Notes: generated by a model not told the origin, from the letters alone. A stretch of 64,000 nucleotides of DNA from Felis catus (GCF_018350175.1 NC_058368.1:31436001-31500000); one strand, 5' to 3'. Positions 12,991 to 25,744 are shown, counted from the stretch's first letter. A program made the numbers and translations.

Positions 12991-13223
12991 GAAACTTAAC
13001 AGAAACCCATGGGGGAGGGGAAGGAAAAAAAAAAAAAAGAGGTTAGAGTGGGAGAGAGCCAAAGCATAAGAGACTGTTAAAAACTGAGAACAAACTGAGG
13101 GTTGATGGGGGGTGGGAGGGAGGAGAGGGTGGGTGACGGGTATTGAGGAGGGCACCTTTTAGGATGAGCACTGGGTGTTGTATGGAAACCAATTTGTCAA
13201 TAAATTTCATATATAATAAAAAA

Positions 13224-13258
<35 letters not shown>

Positions 13259-13284
13259 AATGAAAAAAAAAAGAAATGCTACTC

Positions 13285-13662
13285 ATTTGTAAAAGGGAAT
13301 GAATTGTTGATGAATGCAACAACATAGATGAACCTCAAAATCATTATGCTAAGTGAAAGAAACTAGACAAAAAGTACATACTTTAATATTTATTTAAAAA
13401 ATCCATCATATGTATATTAATCTATAGTGATCCAAAGTAAATCAGTGGTTGCCTGGGGGGAGAGAAGTGAGTGGGTCAAAAGAGAAGAATAGAGGGGTTA
13501 CATCAGGATTATTAAAAAATCTGGGGGTGTGAAGAATATATTCACTATTTTGGTTATGTTGATGTTTTACTAGTGCATACAGATGTCAAAATTTTGACAT
13601 AATTACACACTTTAAGCATGTGTAATTAATTGCGTGTCAATTATACTTCAATAAACTGCTAA
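13285..13662 (+). mobile_element. Old L1 3' end, continuation of the 5915-7306 element
   Basis: Resumes after the TSD: gaatgaattgttgatgaatgcaacaacatagatgaacctcaaaatcattatgctaagtgaaaga...gtcaattatacttcaataaa. Confidence 0.85.
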
Positions 13663-13780
13663 CAGATTTTTAAATCACACACGAAATTCTAATTTTTGTA
13701 CTGTATGCCAATTAGGAGATTGCCACGGAGATAAAACACATTCCAACCTTACAAAGATTAAACCCTAAAGAACACATAAA

Positions 13781-13782
<2 letters not shown>

Positions 13783-13823
<41 letters not shown>
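13783..13823. repeat. (AT)n microsatellite
   Basis: About 20 perfect AT units. Confidence 0.95.
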
Positions 13824-13826
<3 letters not shown>

Positions 13827-14322
13827 CCTTGTTCAAACTATTTTGGAACTGTCTGAACTGTCTGATGTTGAAAATCCCCTAAGTAGCAATATCAAGCAAT
13901 CATAAATCTAAGTAATCTTTAATTAGAAAAATGCAGAGTAAGCTGGCTCTTCTTGCCTAAGAAGCTGTAGAAGACATAATCATGAGCCAAGCTTTTGGCT
14001 ATTTTTTTACTTTTATTTTTTCCAGTTTTATTGAAATATAAAAATATACAAAACTGTATTAGTTTAACATGTACAGTATAATGATTTGACTCATATTGTG
14101 AAATTATTGCCAGAATAGGTTTAGTTAAAATACATTATAATGTAGGAAAAAAAAAGAAAGAGAGAGAGAGGAAGGAAGGAAGGAAGAGAGAGAAAAAAAT
14201 AGAAAAGTTTTTTTCTTGTGATGAAAACTCAGGTTCTACTCTCTTAACAACTTTTAACTATACCACATAGCAGTGTTAAGTATAGTCATCATGTTGTACA
14301 TTATATCCTTAGTACTTATTTA

Positions 14323-14541
14323 TTTTTTTTAACGTTTTTTTTTTAAATTTATTTTTGAGACAGAGAGAGACAGAGCATGAACGGGGGAGGGGCAGAGAGA
14401 GAGGGAGACACAGAATCAGAAGCAGGCTCCAGGTTCTGAGCCATCAGCCCAGAGCCCGACACGGGGCTTGAACTCACGGACCGTGAGATCGTGACCTGAG
14501 CTGAAGTCGGACGCTTAACCACTGAGCCACCCAGGCGCCCC
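14323..14541 (-). mobile_element. Young felid SINE (SINEC_Fc-like)
   Basis: Intact body; TSD agtacttattta / agtacttactta. Confidence 0.95.
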
Positions 14542-14834
14542 AGTACTTACTTATTTATTTTACAGGTGTAAGTTTGTACATTTTGACCACCTTTATCCAA
14601 GTCACTCTCCACCCACCTTTTGCCTGTGATAACCATAAATCTGATCATCTTTTCTGAGGTGGATTTTTTTGTTTTTTGGGTTTTTTTTTTTTTTCACATA
14701 TAAGTGAGAGCATACAGGATCATACAGTATTTATCTTTCTCTGTTTGACTTATGTCACTTAGCATAAAGCCGTCAAGGTCCATCCATGTCTTCACAAATG
14801 GTGGGATTTCCTTCTTTTTTAAGACTAAATATTC

Positions 14835-14836
<2 letters not shown>

Positions 14837-14869
<33 letters not shown>
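14837..14869. repeat. (GT)n microsatellite
   Basis: About 16 GT units. Confidence 0.95.
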
Positions 14870-14871
<2 letters not shown>

Positions 14872-15809
14872 GAGTGTGTCACAGCGTTATCAATTTATCT
14901 GTTGATAGACACTTAGGTTTCTTCCATGTTTAGCCAAACTTTATAAATGGCAATAAGTAATGGGAATTTTATCTTCAAAAATTCAGATATTGACAAATAG
15001 CTTAGATAACTGTATTTTGGGTTATCCAAATACTGATTTACTCTCATCTCTCTTAAATCAGGATATAATGGTGGCTGTCTTAAACAAAATTTTGCTAGAA
15101 CATGACATCTTATCAAGAAATGTCATGATTAATATAGTAATTGAACATGTTATTTTAATGCTATGAAAAATTAGGCTGCCACAATAAAGAACTGAAACTA
15201 TCTTGGTGACTTGCATGGACACATACATATTTGTGAAGTATTAAATAATAAAATGTAGAAAATTATATATATATATATGTATACATATGTTTATATATAT
15301 GTATTTATATATATATTATATATATATATTTGTTTATGATTCTGTGAGCACAGAGAAAAATATGGAGGCATGCCTAGAAGTGTTCAACATAGGACTCTTG
15401 CAGTAGCAATGTTGAAAGGGAGAGGCACTAGGGAAAAAAAAAGTTGAAACAAATATGTGGTGTGCTTAGATCACATTAATATATTTGTGTAATTTTTAAT
15501 ATATTGCAGTGTATAACAACAATAGTTATTATTTTAGCACTCTCTCTTAACCCAACCGATTTGATTCTACTGCATTTAAATATATATATATAATGTATAT
15601 TTAAATTAAACCATATTAAAATGCTAATACTCAACTCCTTATGAACTCAAAAAGGTCAATTCCATATCATTAAAACGATTATGATGATAATTCATGCAGA
15701 TTTTCTTAATTACCTTAAGTTCTGCACAGAATTGACCTAGAGAGCCTACACATAAGATTTGTAGAGAAAAAATTTATTCATCTATTTTAAAACTAAATAT
15801 TACTGAGTA

Positions 15810-18440
15810 GTTCCTTGCTAGTAATTGGGCAAATTATTGTCCAATCAAACTCCCCAGTTATAGGATACATAAAGTTCTGGATAAAAAATATAAAATAAAA
15901 ACTAAATGTATAGTTGACTTGGGTGGAAAATTAAAGTTGTTGGACGTAAGGGGAAAAAAATCAAGCAAGAATGCAGAAAGAAGACAAGCACTGAAGCTCT
16001 GGTGTCCTCAGAGGCCTCTGGGAATGTCTTGTATCTCAGATGCTGCATTTAGATGGATCACAGTGAGAGGATATGAAGCCTGAGTAAGAAGCAGGATGCA
16101 AAATCTGGTTTGATAAGCTCTCCATAAAGTCAAAGGAGGGGATGGAGGGCTACTTGACTTTCTCAAGCTTGGCCCTGGAGAGGGAAAAGGAGGGAGAGCA
16201 TCTCCAAAAATTTCTAACCATATGCATTCATCTGAAGTTGGAAATTTTCATTCCATGTTTGCCACATACCATCATAAGAAAAAATAAAAGTCGTTTAGTT
16301 TGATGGTATCTTTGAATATCTAAAAGATTCAAAATATTGATTCTCTCTGGTAGAATACACTTTAGAACTAGATTTTATAAAAGTTTTATAGATAAAACAT
16401 CAAGATATAACTTCATAGTAAACAATTATGAGAAAGACATGCAGAAAATAATCCTCACTCTACAAGATAGAGTGAGCCAGCAGAATAAACAAACCGGGGA
16501 ATCAGATGCTCAAAACCCACATAATTAGTAAATATTAAATAGAAGATATAAACTAATATATTAATAGACTTAAAGTTATGAATGATGATGGCAAAACTTG
16601 AAGAAGGTAACCAGAGAATAAAGGGACCATCCAAATAGGAAAAAAAAATATGTAACTTTTAGATATAAGAACAGAGGTAAGAAATACATGGATCCTCAGA
16701 TATCACAGTGAATTTCAATCACAGCCTATGACATCTTAAAGCAATAATGATAAAGGGAGATTCTTAGAAGTGATCAACACATAATGACATTACTGTCAAG
16801 GAATTATACTGAAAGAAGAATGTGTAAGAAAACTAAAAAAGTCTCACACAGTAGAATAATATCTTCAAAATAATATGATAAAATAATTACCAACCAAAAA
16901 TGATATACTAAGTAAATTCTGTTTTAAAAAGAAGAATGATAGTGACCACACACACACACACACACACAAATGCTGAGAAGCATAAAGGAAAGGTAAAATT
17001 TACTCTGAATATATCAGCAGTCACATCAGTGAAAACCACAATCTTTCCAGAGTCAAAGCTTTTTACTTGATCAAAAATAATCCAAGTTTTAAAATATTTA
17101 TAAGTAAAATACATTTAACATAATAACAAAAAAATTTTTGAAAGTAAATTCATGAAAAAAATATGTTAGGCAAATATAAACAAAAACAAAATGATGTAAT
17201 AATATCAAGAGAAGAAATAAATGCTAAGGTATAAATTAAAACGAGAGAAAAAGAATGATCATGTTTTGATAAAAGGCCTCATTCACCGATAAGACATAGT
17301 AAGTCAAATTTACAACCAATAGACACTATATATATCTTACATCTAAGAATACATCTTAATGAGAAATACAGCATATGTAGAAGTGAATAATAAGAAACAA
17401 CTTATCAAATATTTAGGACAAAGCTAAAGCAGAAATTAGAGGGGAATATATAGCTTTAAATGTTCCATTAATAATAGAAAAATGAATGTAAATGAACTAA
17501 GCACTAAAATTAAGAAATGAGAAAGAAAAGAGCAGAAACAAAAGAAAGAAGAATAAGAGTAACAATATATAAGAATAAATGTTAATAATCTAATACACAA
17601 AAATATAATAATAGAATTAACAACTCAAAATTGCTTTCTTGAAAATACTAATAAAATTGACAAAACACAGGACAAATATATTTAATGAAAATATATACAG
17701 GTGTAAATAAAAAATATTAAGATAAAATGGGATAGAATTATAGTTGCAGCAGAAAGTAAAATGTTAGTTGAAGGATATGTGGACCACATTTGGGGTGGGA
17801 GGGAGGAAAAAGGAAACCTGAAAACCCTGTAGGATACAGAACAAATATGAGAACAATTTACAGTTACAGTGTTGATTCAAGAAGAAACAGAAACCACAAA
17901 ATATTTGAAATCCATTAAAGTAATTGAATCATTAGTTTATAATTTTACATAGGATACATTTTGGTTCAGATTTACATTTATGGGTTGTTTCCAATATACC
18001 TTTAGAGGAACATGTCACTTTAAACAACAAAGCATACGGGGAAAAAAGGACCAATCATACAAATATAAATTGGAAAGTTCTTAAAATAATGTAAACTGAC
18101 ATTGCAAAACCAAAAAAAAAAAAAAATTATGCCACACTTGGGATTATTCCAAGTACACGATGTAGGTTTTAAATTAAGGACAATAAAAAAAAATCTATGA
18201 ATGCAGTTTAATATAAGCTTACTTTGAAAAATGAAAAAAGATGGATGATCTCATTAGAGGCAAAAAATCATTTAATAAAATTCAACATTATTTTATTACT
18301 AAAAATACCTCCTCACAAGGTATAAATAGAAAGGAATTGCTTACAAGGTACATATCCACCAAAGACCTAAGTATTTAATTATAAAATGCTAAAAATACTC
18401 ACTTTAAAGTCCAGAAGATGACAGAAGCCCTATCCTTATC
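15810..18440 (+). mobile_element. Highly decayed ancient L1 (5' region/ORF1/ORF2 remnants, L1ME-like)
   Basis: Strong A-skew; ORF2-like remnants gataaaaggcctcattcacc, ggacaaagctaaagcagaaattagagggga, ttcttgaaaatactaataaaattgacaaa, atgatctcattagaggcaaaaaatcatttaataaaattcaaca. Confidence 0.7.
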
Positions 18441-18457
18441 ATTTCACTCTCCCTCAC

Positions 18458-18658
18458 TTTTTTTTAATGTTTATTTATTATTTTTGAGAGAGAGAAAGCG
18501 CGAGCAGGGAAGGGGCAGAGAGAGAGGGGAGCAGAAGTCTCAAAACCAGCTCTGTGCTGACAGCAAGGAGCCCAACATGTGGCTGGAACTCACAAATCAT
18601 GAGATCATGACCTGAGCTGAAGTCGGACACTCAGCCAACTGAACCACCCAGGTGTCTC
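18458..18658 (-). mobile_element. Can-SINE
   Basis: gagatcatgacctgagctgaagtcggacac...ccacccaggtgtctc; T-rich tail. Confidence 0.92.
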
Positions 18659-19979
18659 ATCACTCTCGCTTCCTTTGAACTTCTTGGACAGTGTTGTAAG
18701 ATAGGCCTTTGCATAACTTACAGCGTGGAGAGGCTGGGGAGAATGTGTGCTCCCTGAGAGCAGCTAATCCTTAAGATCAGTGAACAGGGTGGAAGTCACC
18801 TTTAATCTTTAAGTTACTCTTTTCCAGATGTGCTAGTTAGCTCTTCCTTGGCCACATAAGAAAAAGGGGATAAATTGTTCCTCATAGAAGAACTTCCTCA
18901 TGGAAATGGAAAGTGAATGGGCCTCAACTCAAAAAACATGTGAGGAGAGTAGAGACTAGGTTCCTGGTGTTAATCTCACATTCTGGAACTGACTACCCTT
19001 TTCTTCTATTAATTTGGAGCAAAGTTAATTAGAGAAATGTTCAAAATATCTGGAAATCACATGTTTACAATTATTTATCAAAGCATGCTAAAATTTATCG
19101 GCATCATGATTTTTGGACAGTACATACTACAGTTCAGTAGAAGACACACTGTCCCTTGGTTCACAGGAGGGTATAAACCCAAATGGAAAGGCTGATAAAT
19201 GAAATGCAAAATCCTACCAGCATAGATTAGACATTTTTATGGCATCTTTTCAGGACTGAGAGTGTCTTTTTTTTTTTTTGTCTTAACACAAACTAAAATG
19301 CTCTGTAGATCTGTCGCATGTTAGATCTTGATATCAGGATACACATCTCTGTTTCCATGGGGACCAGATACTAGCCAAGATTCACATAGTAGCCAACTTT
19401 TTTTTCCCTCTCTTTGAAGAGCTATTAGTTTCAGAAATAAGGTTAATGGAGTCCAGCAATTTTAGATGTGGCATCCTATGTGTTTGTGAGACTAAGAAAG
19501 ATATGAAATTATATATATATATATATGTGAATATATATATACATATTTACAAGTAGTAAAGGCATAGAGTTTACATGTTCTGTTACCATGTATGCATCCA
19601 GATTCTACAAATAAACAACTCTCAACACTCTTAACTTTATTTAATAATTTATAGCTAGATTACCTTTTATATTAATTGATTAATAGTTCTTATTCTATGG
19701 ACAGAAATTTTAATTGAGATTTAACCTTCCTGGTTCAATTGAAAGGATGACTAAGTAGATAATTGGAAAAGATGGGCTAGTTCGTAGAGCCAGAATATAT
19801 GCAAAAGAAAATAATTTGTTAAAGTTTCTGTTTACACATAGCTATATTCTAGATACTGCTCAGGCAGAGAACCTTGTTGCATAATTTCATGGGGAGTAAT
19901 TCTCATAGTATATACATGCCATGAAATTATGCAACCTAGAAGCCATGGCCAAGTTTTCACATAATTTGTACATTTTTAA

Positions 19980-20129
19980 AAATTTTACTTTAAATGCAGG
20001 ATAGTTAACAGTGTTATATTAGCTTCAGGTGTACAATATAGTGATTTAACAATGCCATACATCATCCAGTGTTCAACAGGGTGAGTGCACTCCTTAATCC
20101 CCATCACCAATTTCACCCATAAACCCCCC
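19980..20129 (-). mobile_element. Short 5'-truncated carnivore L1 3' end
   Basis: gtgttatattagcttcaggtgtacaatatagtgatt...gcactccttaatccccatcacc; TSD taatttgtacatttttaa / taatttatgcatttttaa. Confidence 0.85.
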
Positions 20130-20929
20130 TAATTTATGCATTTTTAATGGAAGAATTACTAGTTACTAAAAGTAGAAGTCAGCCAAATCTGGGACCATGA
20201 ACCAATGTCATACCAAATACAGGACATACAGGGCCTGGGAATATGACCAAAGTATAAGGACTAAAGATAAGTTTCAGAGTGCCAGTAGAGTTCCTTAGGA
20301 GAGAGCGCATGACAACCAGGGAACCTGGTCTACTTGTTGAGGTCAGTGACTATTAGAACAATAGAGAGAAGGATACCAAAGTGTGGGTTTTCAACTCAGT
20401 CACTCTGAGTTGAAGCATGTAGGTTTGTGTGTCATATGCCATAGGGAAATTAAAGTATAGGGAAGAGAGCTGATGAATTTGATTTTACAGTGAACTGTGG
20501 ATGTGGTAATTGTATGTGTTCTGCAAATAGAGTTTGAGCTATTTCACACATAAGCTAAATATATAACAATCTTTTAAAAAATATATTGTTATATACAGAA
20601 AGACTAAGCTTTGGAAAAGAAGACTCTGCTTGCAATTATTTAAGGATATTGGTGTTACATAGAGAGTCTCTTGATAAAGATGAAACCCATGATGAGAATT
20701 ATATAATTATTAGAGAAATATCCCCTAGCTATTATATTAGAAAATCAGTGTGAGAAGAAATGATATGAAGGACTAAAATCAGCTTTTCAAATCAGGAAAT
20801 GAATACTTCAGGTATATCCAATAGGTGCTTAGAGAACATGCAAAGGTGGGAAGGGGAGGGAGGAGAAGAATGTCAATGGCAGTGAGTCTGACGTCAGTGT
20901 CAAATTGTTGAAGACCCAAAGGTACGTGG

Positions 20930-20986
20930 TTTTTGTTTGTTTATAGAGAGAGACAGAATGAACATGAATGGGGGGAAAAACAGAGG

Positions 20987-21043
<57 letters not shown>

Positions 21044-21162
21044 TAAGCAGGCTCCATGCTTCCTGCAGAGCCTGGCATGGGCCTCGATCCCATGACCCTG
21101 GGACCATGACCCAATCCAAAAATGAGTCAGTTGCTCAAACAACTGAGCCACCCAGGTGTCCC
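20930..21162 (-). mobile_element. Can-SINE with expanded (GA)n tract
   Basis: ctgagccacccaggtgtccc head; about 24 GA units at 20990-21039. Confidence 0.9.
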
Positions 21163-21968
21163 ATCAAAGTTTCATGTTGTGAATAAAGACAGAAAAAAAT
21201 CTTTTTCTCTGACAAGACTGGATGAATAGGTTTTTCAGAATGAAGTGCTTAGAGGCATAGAATGTGGCCTGAAGATAAATATCTAGGAATACAACAGTAA
21301 GCAGTTCCTGCTTTAAGTGATCACCATAGAAATTGAAGTTATATACTGATATACTTTGTCCTGGATATCAAAATAATCTTCTTAATAATCAGAAAATCCA
21401 GAAAATAATAGCATTTTGTATGTTTTTAAGGCTATAGTTTACAAAATAATTTTTCAGTTATTTGTGGTTTATTTGGAGAGAACAGAAGATTTTTTTTTAA
21501 AGCAGGACATCCCTAGATGTCAGGTACAGTGGCAGGTATAAAAATGGAAACATCAAATTATCTTGAAACCCGAATTTACTAGTTGAAAATAAAAGAGGAG
21601 AGGAATCCAGGGGGTTGGGGTAAATTCTTTGTGCTAAAGCTTTTTCTTAGATAGCTGATCCATTCCAAGAATCAAATTTAAAAAAGATATTCTTTTTCCA
21701 GTTACTAAAGGGAAGGTGAAATTTAGTAGCCTAAAGAAATGTAGTTAGGAGAGGTTGCACTATAAGGAAAATAAGGAAAAAGAACAATCTGATTATACTA
21801 TATGGGGCTGTTAGGAACCTACAAAATGATGTAGTGTCTTTTTTTTGAATTAACAACATGCTCTTGGTTCTTGTGGGAAAGGTAGGAGATTGGAAGACAA
21901 TGGCACATAATAGTCATCATGGAAAACTGAGAATTTAGGTATGCAGACTTATTAACTAAATCTTCTTA

Positions 21969-22118
21969 GGGGCACCTGGATGGCTCAGTCGGTTAAGTAT
22001 TCCACTCTTGATTTCAGCTCAGGTCATGATCTTGTGGTTTGTGGGATTGAGCCCCAAGGCGAGATCTACATTGATGGTGCAGACCTGCTTGGGATTCTCA
22101 GTCTCTCTCTCTCTCTCT

Positions 22119-22173
<55 letters not shown>

Positions 22174-22262
22174 CCTATTTTTCTGCCCCTCCCTGCTTGA
22201 TCATGTGCACACTCATTTTCTCTCTCTATACATACATACATACATACATACATGAAAAAAAT
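21969..22262 (+). mobile_element. Can-SINE with expanded (CT)n and (TACA)n
   Basis: ggggcacctggatggctcagtcggttaag head; long CT tract. Confidence 0.92.
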
Positions 22263-22371
22263 CAAAGAAAGAAAAGAAATCTGAATAAAAGTCTCAACAA
22301 TTCCGTGGTTGTAGTTAAGAGTTTACAAAAAAGAAGAGGAGAAGAAATAAAGCCCCATGATAAACAGGTGA

Positions 22372-22972
22372 CAAGGTTGGACAGTTTCTAGCAGGTCCCT
22401 CTCAAGATCCTTGCCACCTGGTCTTCATGGCCTTGTTTATGCCCCTCTCCTCATGTGAGTGAGGACCTGTGACATGCTTCTAAGTTAACATAGCTAGGAT
22501 GATAGAAGGTCACTCCTGTGATCATGTCATTTTATACAAGACTGTGTCTTGCTAGCCCACTTGTCTAGAGACTCTCCTTGTTGGCTTAATGAAGTTTGTG
22601 GTCAGGCTCAGAACTTCCACATGGCGAGGAACTGCAGGTGGTCTCTAGAAATTCTGGACAGACTCCAGGAGCTAAGGGTGCTCTCCAGCTTGCAGCCAGC
22701 AAAAGTAATGCTATCAGTCCTGCAGCGAAAAGGAAATAAATTCTGCCCAACAACCAGAATTTGCTTATGAGCAGATCCTTTCCTAGTGGAGACTGCAGAT
22801 GAGAACCCAGCCTTGGATGACTTTGGCTATATAGCCTGTGAGACCCTAAGGGTGGGAATTGGCCAGGCAATTCCCAGACTCCTGACAGCCAGCCACTGTT
22901 TGTTAGTAAATGCATGTTGCTTTTAAATTGCTAAATCTGTGGTAAGCTGCTACAAAGCAACTGATAAAGTAT
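22372..22972 (+). mobile_element. MaLR solo LTR (MLT1E-like)
   Basis: ccacatggcgaggaactgcagg, aaggaaataaattctgcc, gatgagaacccagcc, agcctgtgagaccctaag, tgttgcttttaaattgctaaatctgtggtaa: typical MLT1 LTR motifs. Confidence 0.8.
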
Positions 22973-24296
22973 CTAAAAGTAACTGCTCAGAAAAGGCCAG
23001 GAATATAAAAGATAACAGCTTAGAAATACTCAACAGTAATCAAAAAGATTGCTTTCTACCTCCCATGGTAATTTATTTACAATTTACCATGAAGTAGGAT
23101 TGTGTCCACTTGGGTAGAATGACCACTTTGAATATTTCTAAAGATTTACAGTGTTAATAATACAGATGAAGACCAGCTCTTGTGCAGTGACCAAGGAGAG
23201 ACTATGACTTGCCTTTCTCACTTTGAATTTTATAGAAGATGGTACAAACTGATTTTGGAGCCATTCACTTTAGCAGTGGTGAAGACATGGAAACTTTTAT
23301 TTTCCTTTCTGTCTGCAAAGGCTCACCTCCAGAAACTCATTTGAGTGGTTGTCAGCTTGGTTAATCTATCCTGTCCACAGCCCATTTCTGAGAAGACATT
23401 ATCTAACTGAGAAGAGATTTCCAAGTTCTTCTGGATAAAATCTCAAAGTTTGGAGTTAATAGTTGCCATTTGCTATGGCAGAGAAATGTCTGACACATAC
23501 AGACACGCCATCTCCTTAAACTGCATGTTATCTAGCTTTATAGGAAATGCTTTATGTGTAGCTTTTAAATAATTCTATGTAACTTGCAGCGGAGAGTTTT
23601 CCAAACTCTGGTAATTATTTTATCAATTACCTAAAAAAAATGGATCAAATACCATTAGAAATTTAATGATTTGTCATAAATTACCTTGCCCACCTAACCC
23701 AACCTTCTCAGTTTCCTTTACAGCAGAGTATTGTTTTTAAAATGGACTGTGCTTTGTATGCTTTATTCACAATAGCAATTCCAGGTGCATATGAAGATAA
23801 AGGTGACTAATTAGGTTGCTGCTTATTCTCAAGGAAGTAATTAGGCATCATTAGGGTATTATTTTTTAAATTAGGGCTTGCTTTCATGTGGAATTTATAT
23901 GGTGCTCTGTCTTTGTAGAAACAGTCTTGAAACTCATTCGTTTGTTCAAAAAAGAAAAATTAAATGTCATTATTAAGATCTACCTTTCTGAAAACATAGC
24001 CAACAGCAATTTGGTCTAAAATTTGTCAGCTTTGCACAAAAGGCAATTTGAACATTAGCAATCAGTCTTTCAAGGTGATTGCTATCTGCATAGAGATGTG
24101 AATTTAAAAAGCCACAAAATCATCATCCTTATAATCAGTGTCAACAACAAGTTCCTACTGTTTGCACGTTGCTGGAGATAGGTTTTCTGTGTTTGGTGGT
24201 TTCAGACAACATTTGAAGACTTTGTTTTATGAGTGACATGTGACCACCCTGCCTCTGGTGCTTGTTTACAGATACAGAAACATCTTTAAGAGATTA

Positions 24297-24523
24297 GGAG
24301 TGCCTGGGTGGCTCAGTTGGTTAAGCGTCGACTTTGGCTCAGGTTGTGATCTCACAGTTCATGGGTTCCAGCCCCTCTTTGGGTTCTGTGCTGACAGCTC
24401 AGAGCCTGGAGCCTGCTTCTGATTCTATGTCTCCCTCTTTCTCTGCCCTTCCCTGACTCATGCTCTGTCTCTGTCTCTGTCTCTCTCTCAGAAATAAGAA
24501 AATGTTAATTTTTTTTTTAAAAG
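24297..24523 (+). mobile_element. Can-SINE
   Basis: tgcctgggtggctcagttggttaagcg head; gctgacagctcagagcctggagcctgc body. Confidence 0.92.
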
Positions 24524-24739
24524 AGGAGCTTAAATATGTGGCTACTTATAGGGTGATGTAAGTGACACTGGATTTGGGTAAGTCCTTAAATCCTGTTGCA
24601 AAATCTCACACCCTGACTTGCCAAAGTGCTTGATACTTCAGCATTGACTTCTGAAGTCTCAGTCTTCCTGGAGTCCTAATGAAATATATTTCTTTGTTCT
24701 CTTTTTGGCATTGAAATTCCACTTCAAAATAGGTGTTTA

Positions 24740-24909
24740 GGAGTGCCTAGGTGGTTCACTGGGCTGAACAACATCAGACTGTTGATTTTGACTCAGGTCA
24801 CAATCCCAGGGTCATGGGATCAAGCCCTGCATCGGGCTCTGCACTGAGTGTGGATTATGCTTGGGATTCTCTCTCTGTGCCTCTCCCCACCACCTCTAAA
24901 AAAAAAAAA
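24740..24909 (+). mobile_element. Older Can-SINE
   Basis: ggagtgcctaggtggttca...caggtcacaatcccagggtcatgggatcaagccc; poly-A tail. Confidence 0.88.
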
Positions 24910-25152
24910 GGGGGTTTATACTCCCCACCTCTACTTCCTCTAATTTCCTTTGATGTCCACATCAATCAAGCTTTGGAACTTCTCAATTTGCCAAAACTTC
25001 TATTCCAGGCACTTTGTAAATTCAAGCTTCAATTCTGAATACATACATATTTAGGGTATAATATATATTGTATGTTATATTATAACATTCATATTATATA
25101 TCATATATTACTTTAGCTACCAACATATTTGAAAGCTTGCTGAGCTCTTCTC

Positions 25153-25365
25153 TTTTTTTTTAATTTTTTAAATGCTGATTTATTTTTGATAGAGACACAG
25201 CAAGAGTAGGGGAAGAGCAGAGAGAAAGGGAGACAGAACCTGAAGCCAGCTTCAGGCTCTGAGCCATCAGTATGGAGACCAACACAGGCCTTGAACTCAC
25301 AAACTGCGAGATCATGACCTGAGCTGAAGTCAGATGCTTAAGCAACTGAGCCACCCAGGCACCCC
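25153..25365 (-). mobile_element. Can-SINE
   Basis: gagatcatgacctgagctgaagtcagatgcttaagcaactgagccacccaggcacccc. Confidence 0.93.
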
Positions 25366-25369
25366 ACTA

Positions 25370-25680
25370 AGCCCTCTTCTTTGATACACTTACTCCCCTT
25401 GTCTTCCAGTGTGCCACTCCCTCTTGGTTTTCTTCCTACCACAGTAGTCATTCCTTCTCAGTGCCCATTCCCTTGGTGGTGTAATTTTGTTTACCCAGAT
25501 TCCAATAAAATCTATATCATAATGACTAATATATCCAAATGCTGACTTGACACTCCATTGTGATGTCCAATGCAAATGCTTTATGTTCTAAACTGATATT
25601 TCCTCATGAAACCTGTTCCAACAATAGCCTTCCCCACCTCAGTTGAGGGTGACTATACACTCCCATTAACTGAAATTTAC
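25370..25680 (+). mobile_element. L2 fragment
   Basis: Pyrimidine-rich cccttgtcttccagtgtgccactccctcttggttttcttcctacc...ttccccacctcagttgagggtgac, typical of L2 ORF remnants. Confidence 0.55.
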
Positions 25681-25744
25681 AGTTTATTCTATAGTAAAAA
25701 GAAGTAAGAGACTATCAATGATTTATTATTATTGTTGTTATTAT

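Larger units (their letters stand above)
7307..13272 (+). mobile_element. Full-length felid LINE-1 (L1_Fc-like), inactivated
   Basis: GC/CpG-rich 5' UTR, ORF1, ORF2, G-rich 3' UTR, (TAAA)n/A tail; TSD gaaatactactc (7295-7306) / gaaatgctactc (13273-13284). Confidence 0.97.
14005..14930 (-). mobile_element. L1 3' end (L1MA9/carnivore L1-like), interrupted by a SINE and (GT)n
   Basis: ttttattgaaatata...catataagtgagagcatac...tatttatctttctctgtttgacttatgtcacttagcat; minus ORF gives WMDLDGFMLSDISQTEKDKY (ORF2 C-terminus). Confidence 0.88.

Noticed and set aside
20390..20414. 10-bp inverted repeat ttcaactcag / ctgagttgaa
   Set aside because: Short enough to occur by chance in 64 kb
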